64,000 nucleotides of DNA from Tricharina praecox (lineage: Eukaryota). Both the position numbers and the translations under genes were made by a program. This document shows, in pieces, positions 63,101 to 64,000 of this stretch (positions are counted from its first letter, which is position 1; every line of letters starts with the position of its first letter). The DNA lies in assembly GCF_024521635.1 (NCBI RefSeq), contig NW_026250429.1:1-64000 (forward strand). The letters are read 5' to 3'. The notes below the pieces were generated by a model. The model did no database searches, had not been told where the DNA came from, and saw only the letters and a program-made list of their open reading frames with translations.

Positions 63101-63527
63101 GCAGACCTATACCTCCCCCAGTTTGCTGGCCGCCCTGGCCGCCCTGGCCGCATGTGGTACTGGTCAGTACTGCTCCCGGAAATGCGGCTATAGCAGTACT
63201 GCCTATTACTGCTCAGTTCTGACCGTTCCGGCCCGGCAATCCGGCGATAGCGGTACTGCTGGGTACGGAGCATTACCGATCATTACTGAAGATTGCAGAC
63301 CTATGCCATCCAATCTGCCTGTCAGCCCCAGCCGCATGCAGTACTGGTTAGTACCGCTCCCGGCGATTCGGCGACAGTGGTACCTCTTGGCACTGACCAT
63401 TACTGATCAGTACTGCACAGTATATTTTGAGCGGGCGCGGCTTTGCTGATTAGGACCTAATTTGGTCCAGTGTGCGTGTTTCGCACCCCGCATCTTTTCA
63501 GGTCTTGAATACGCCCGCCATAGGTGC
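60195..63527. mobile_element. Foldback-type element: long inverted arms made of 118-bp GTAC-rich tandem subrepeats
   Basis: The outer about 120 bp is inverted (GCACCTATGGCGGGCATATTCAAGAC... vs ...GTCTTGAATACGCCCGCCATAGGTGC). Anchor CTATC at 60492/60610/60748/60866/60984; its complement GATAG at 62580/62698/62816/62934/63062/63246. Confidence 0.88.
61960..62540. mobile_element. hAT-type MITE (581 bp) nested in the foldback element
   Basis: TIR CAGGGCTGTCAACCGTCCGTCC vs GGACGGACGGTTGACAGCTAGG; perfect 8-bp TSD ACAGCCAG; internal (GCACAGCC)n. Confidence 0.9.
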
Positions 63528-64000
63528 TTGATTACTTCGTAACCTTTCCGTGACACAAGATTTATAGTAGGCTCGTAGCCAGATGGTGTTTTACATAGTA
63601 CAGTCCAGCCCAGTCTTGCCCGACCCAAAGTCCAGGGACGGAACTGTAATACATTCATCAAGTCTATACTGAGGTCGGTGTTGCACGCACTACAGAGTCC
63701 ATGAGAACGGTAGACCGGAATGGATGGCTGTCGACTGTAGCTGACTGCCAGTAATATAACAAGTACCGCTGAAACACAATGAGGCGACATGAATGACATC
63801 AGAGAACGCTCCGGCCAGCACGGAAGCACTAGGTTATTCCACCATCCGGAAGGGATGGACGAAGCGAGGCCGGAATGGTCCCACTGTTGACGTTCAGACA
63901 ATGTAGAACACAGGTGTCTTGGACGGTGGTTCTGTGGAATTTATCACAGCGCGATACCCGTTACGCGAGTGACGACACGGGAGTCACGGGGTGCAGTCGA
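63528..64000 (+). repeat. Conserved cassette spacer, further copy running off the window
   Basis: Aligns with 5060-5500 (ATTACTTCGTAAC, TTTATAGTA, GCTCGTAGCCAG, ACATGAAT, AGGGATG.ACGAAGCGAG, TGTAGAACACAGGT). Confidence 0.88.

Noticed and set aside
60474..63400. CRISPR-like regular repeats
   Set aside because: Whole 118-bp units are homologous with no unique spacers, there are no cas genes, and the context is eukaryotic.

Overview
This is eukaryotic DNA with GT-AG introns and CTRAC/CTAAC branch sites, most likely from a filamentous ascomycete; a Pezizales affinity is my inference from the LINE C-termini. Only three genes look intact and recognisable: a PARP-type zinc-finger/AT-hook protein (28431-30600 +), an HSPA12-like fungal Hsp70 (49255-51494 -) and an aldo-keto reductase (55868-56824 -). 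There is also a disabled IRG/IIGP-like GTPase. Most of the rest is decayed repeat DNA: three solo-LTR families with readable 5-bp TSDs, many 5'-truncated LINE ends, a long-TIR element, a hAT-type MITE, a 3.3-kb foldback element built from 118-bp GTAC-rich subrepeats, and a 650-bp hairpin. The most unusual structure is a family of 1.5-2 kb 'cassette' units, partly head-to-tail. They share a conserved upstream motif, a pyrimidine-rich leader, an acidic tail and a conserved downstream spacer, but carry different middles. These middles include short pieces of unrelated host genes (GH20 hexosaminidase, LON/CrgA domain); a second, possibly related unit pair carries a piece of an SF1 helicase. All alignments were done by eye, so boundaries without a stated TSD are approximate.
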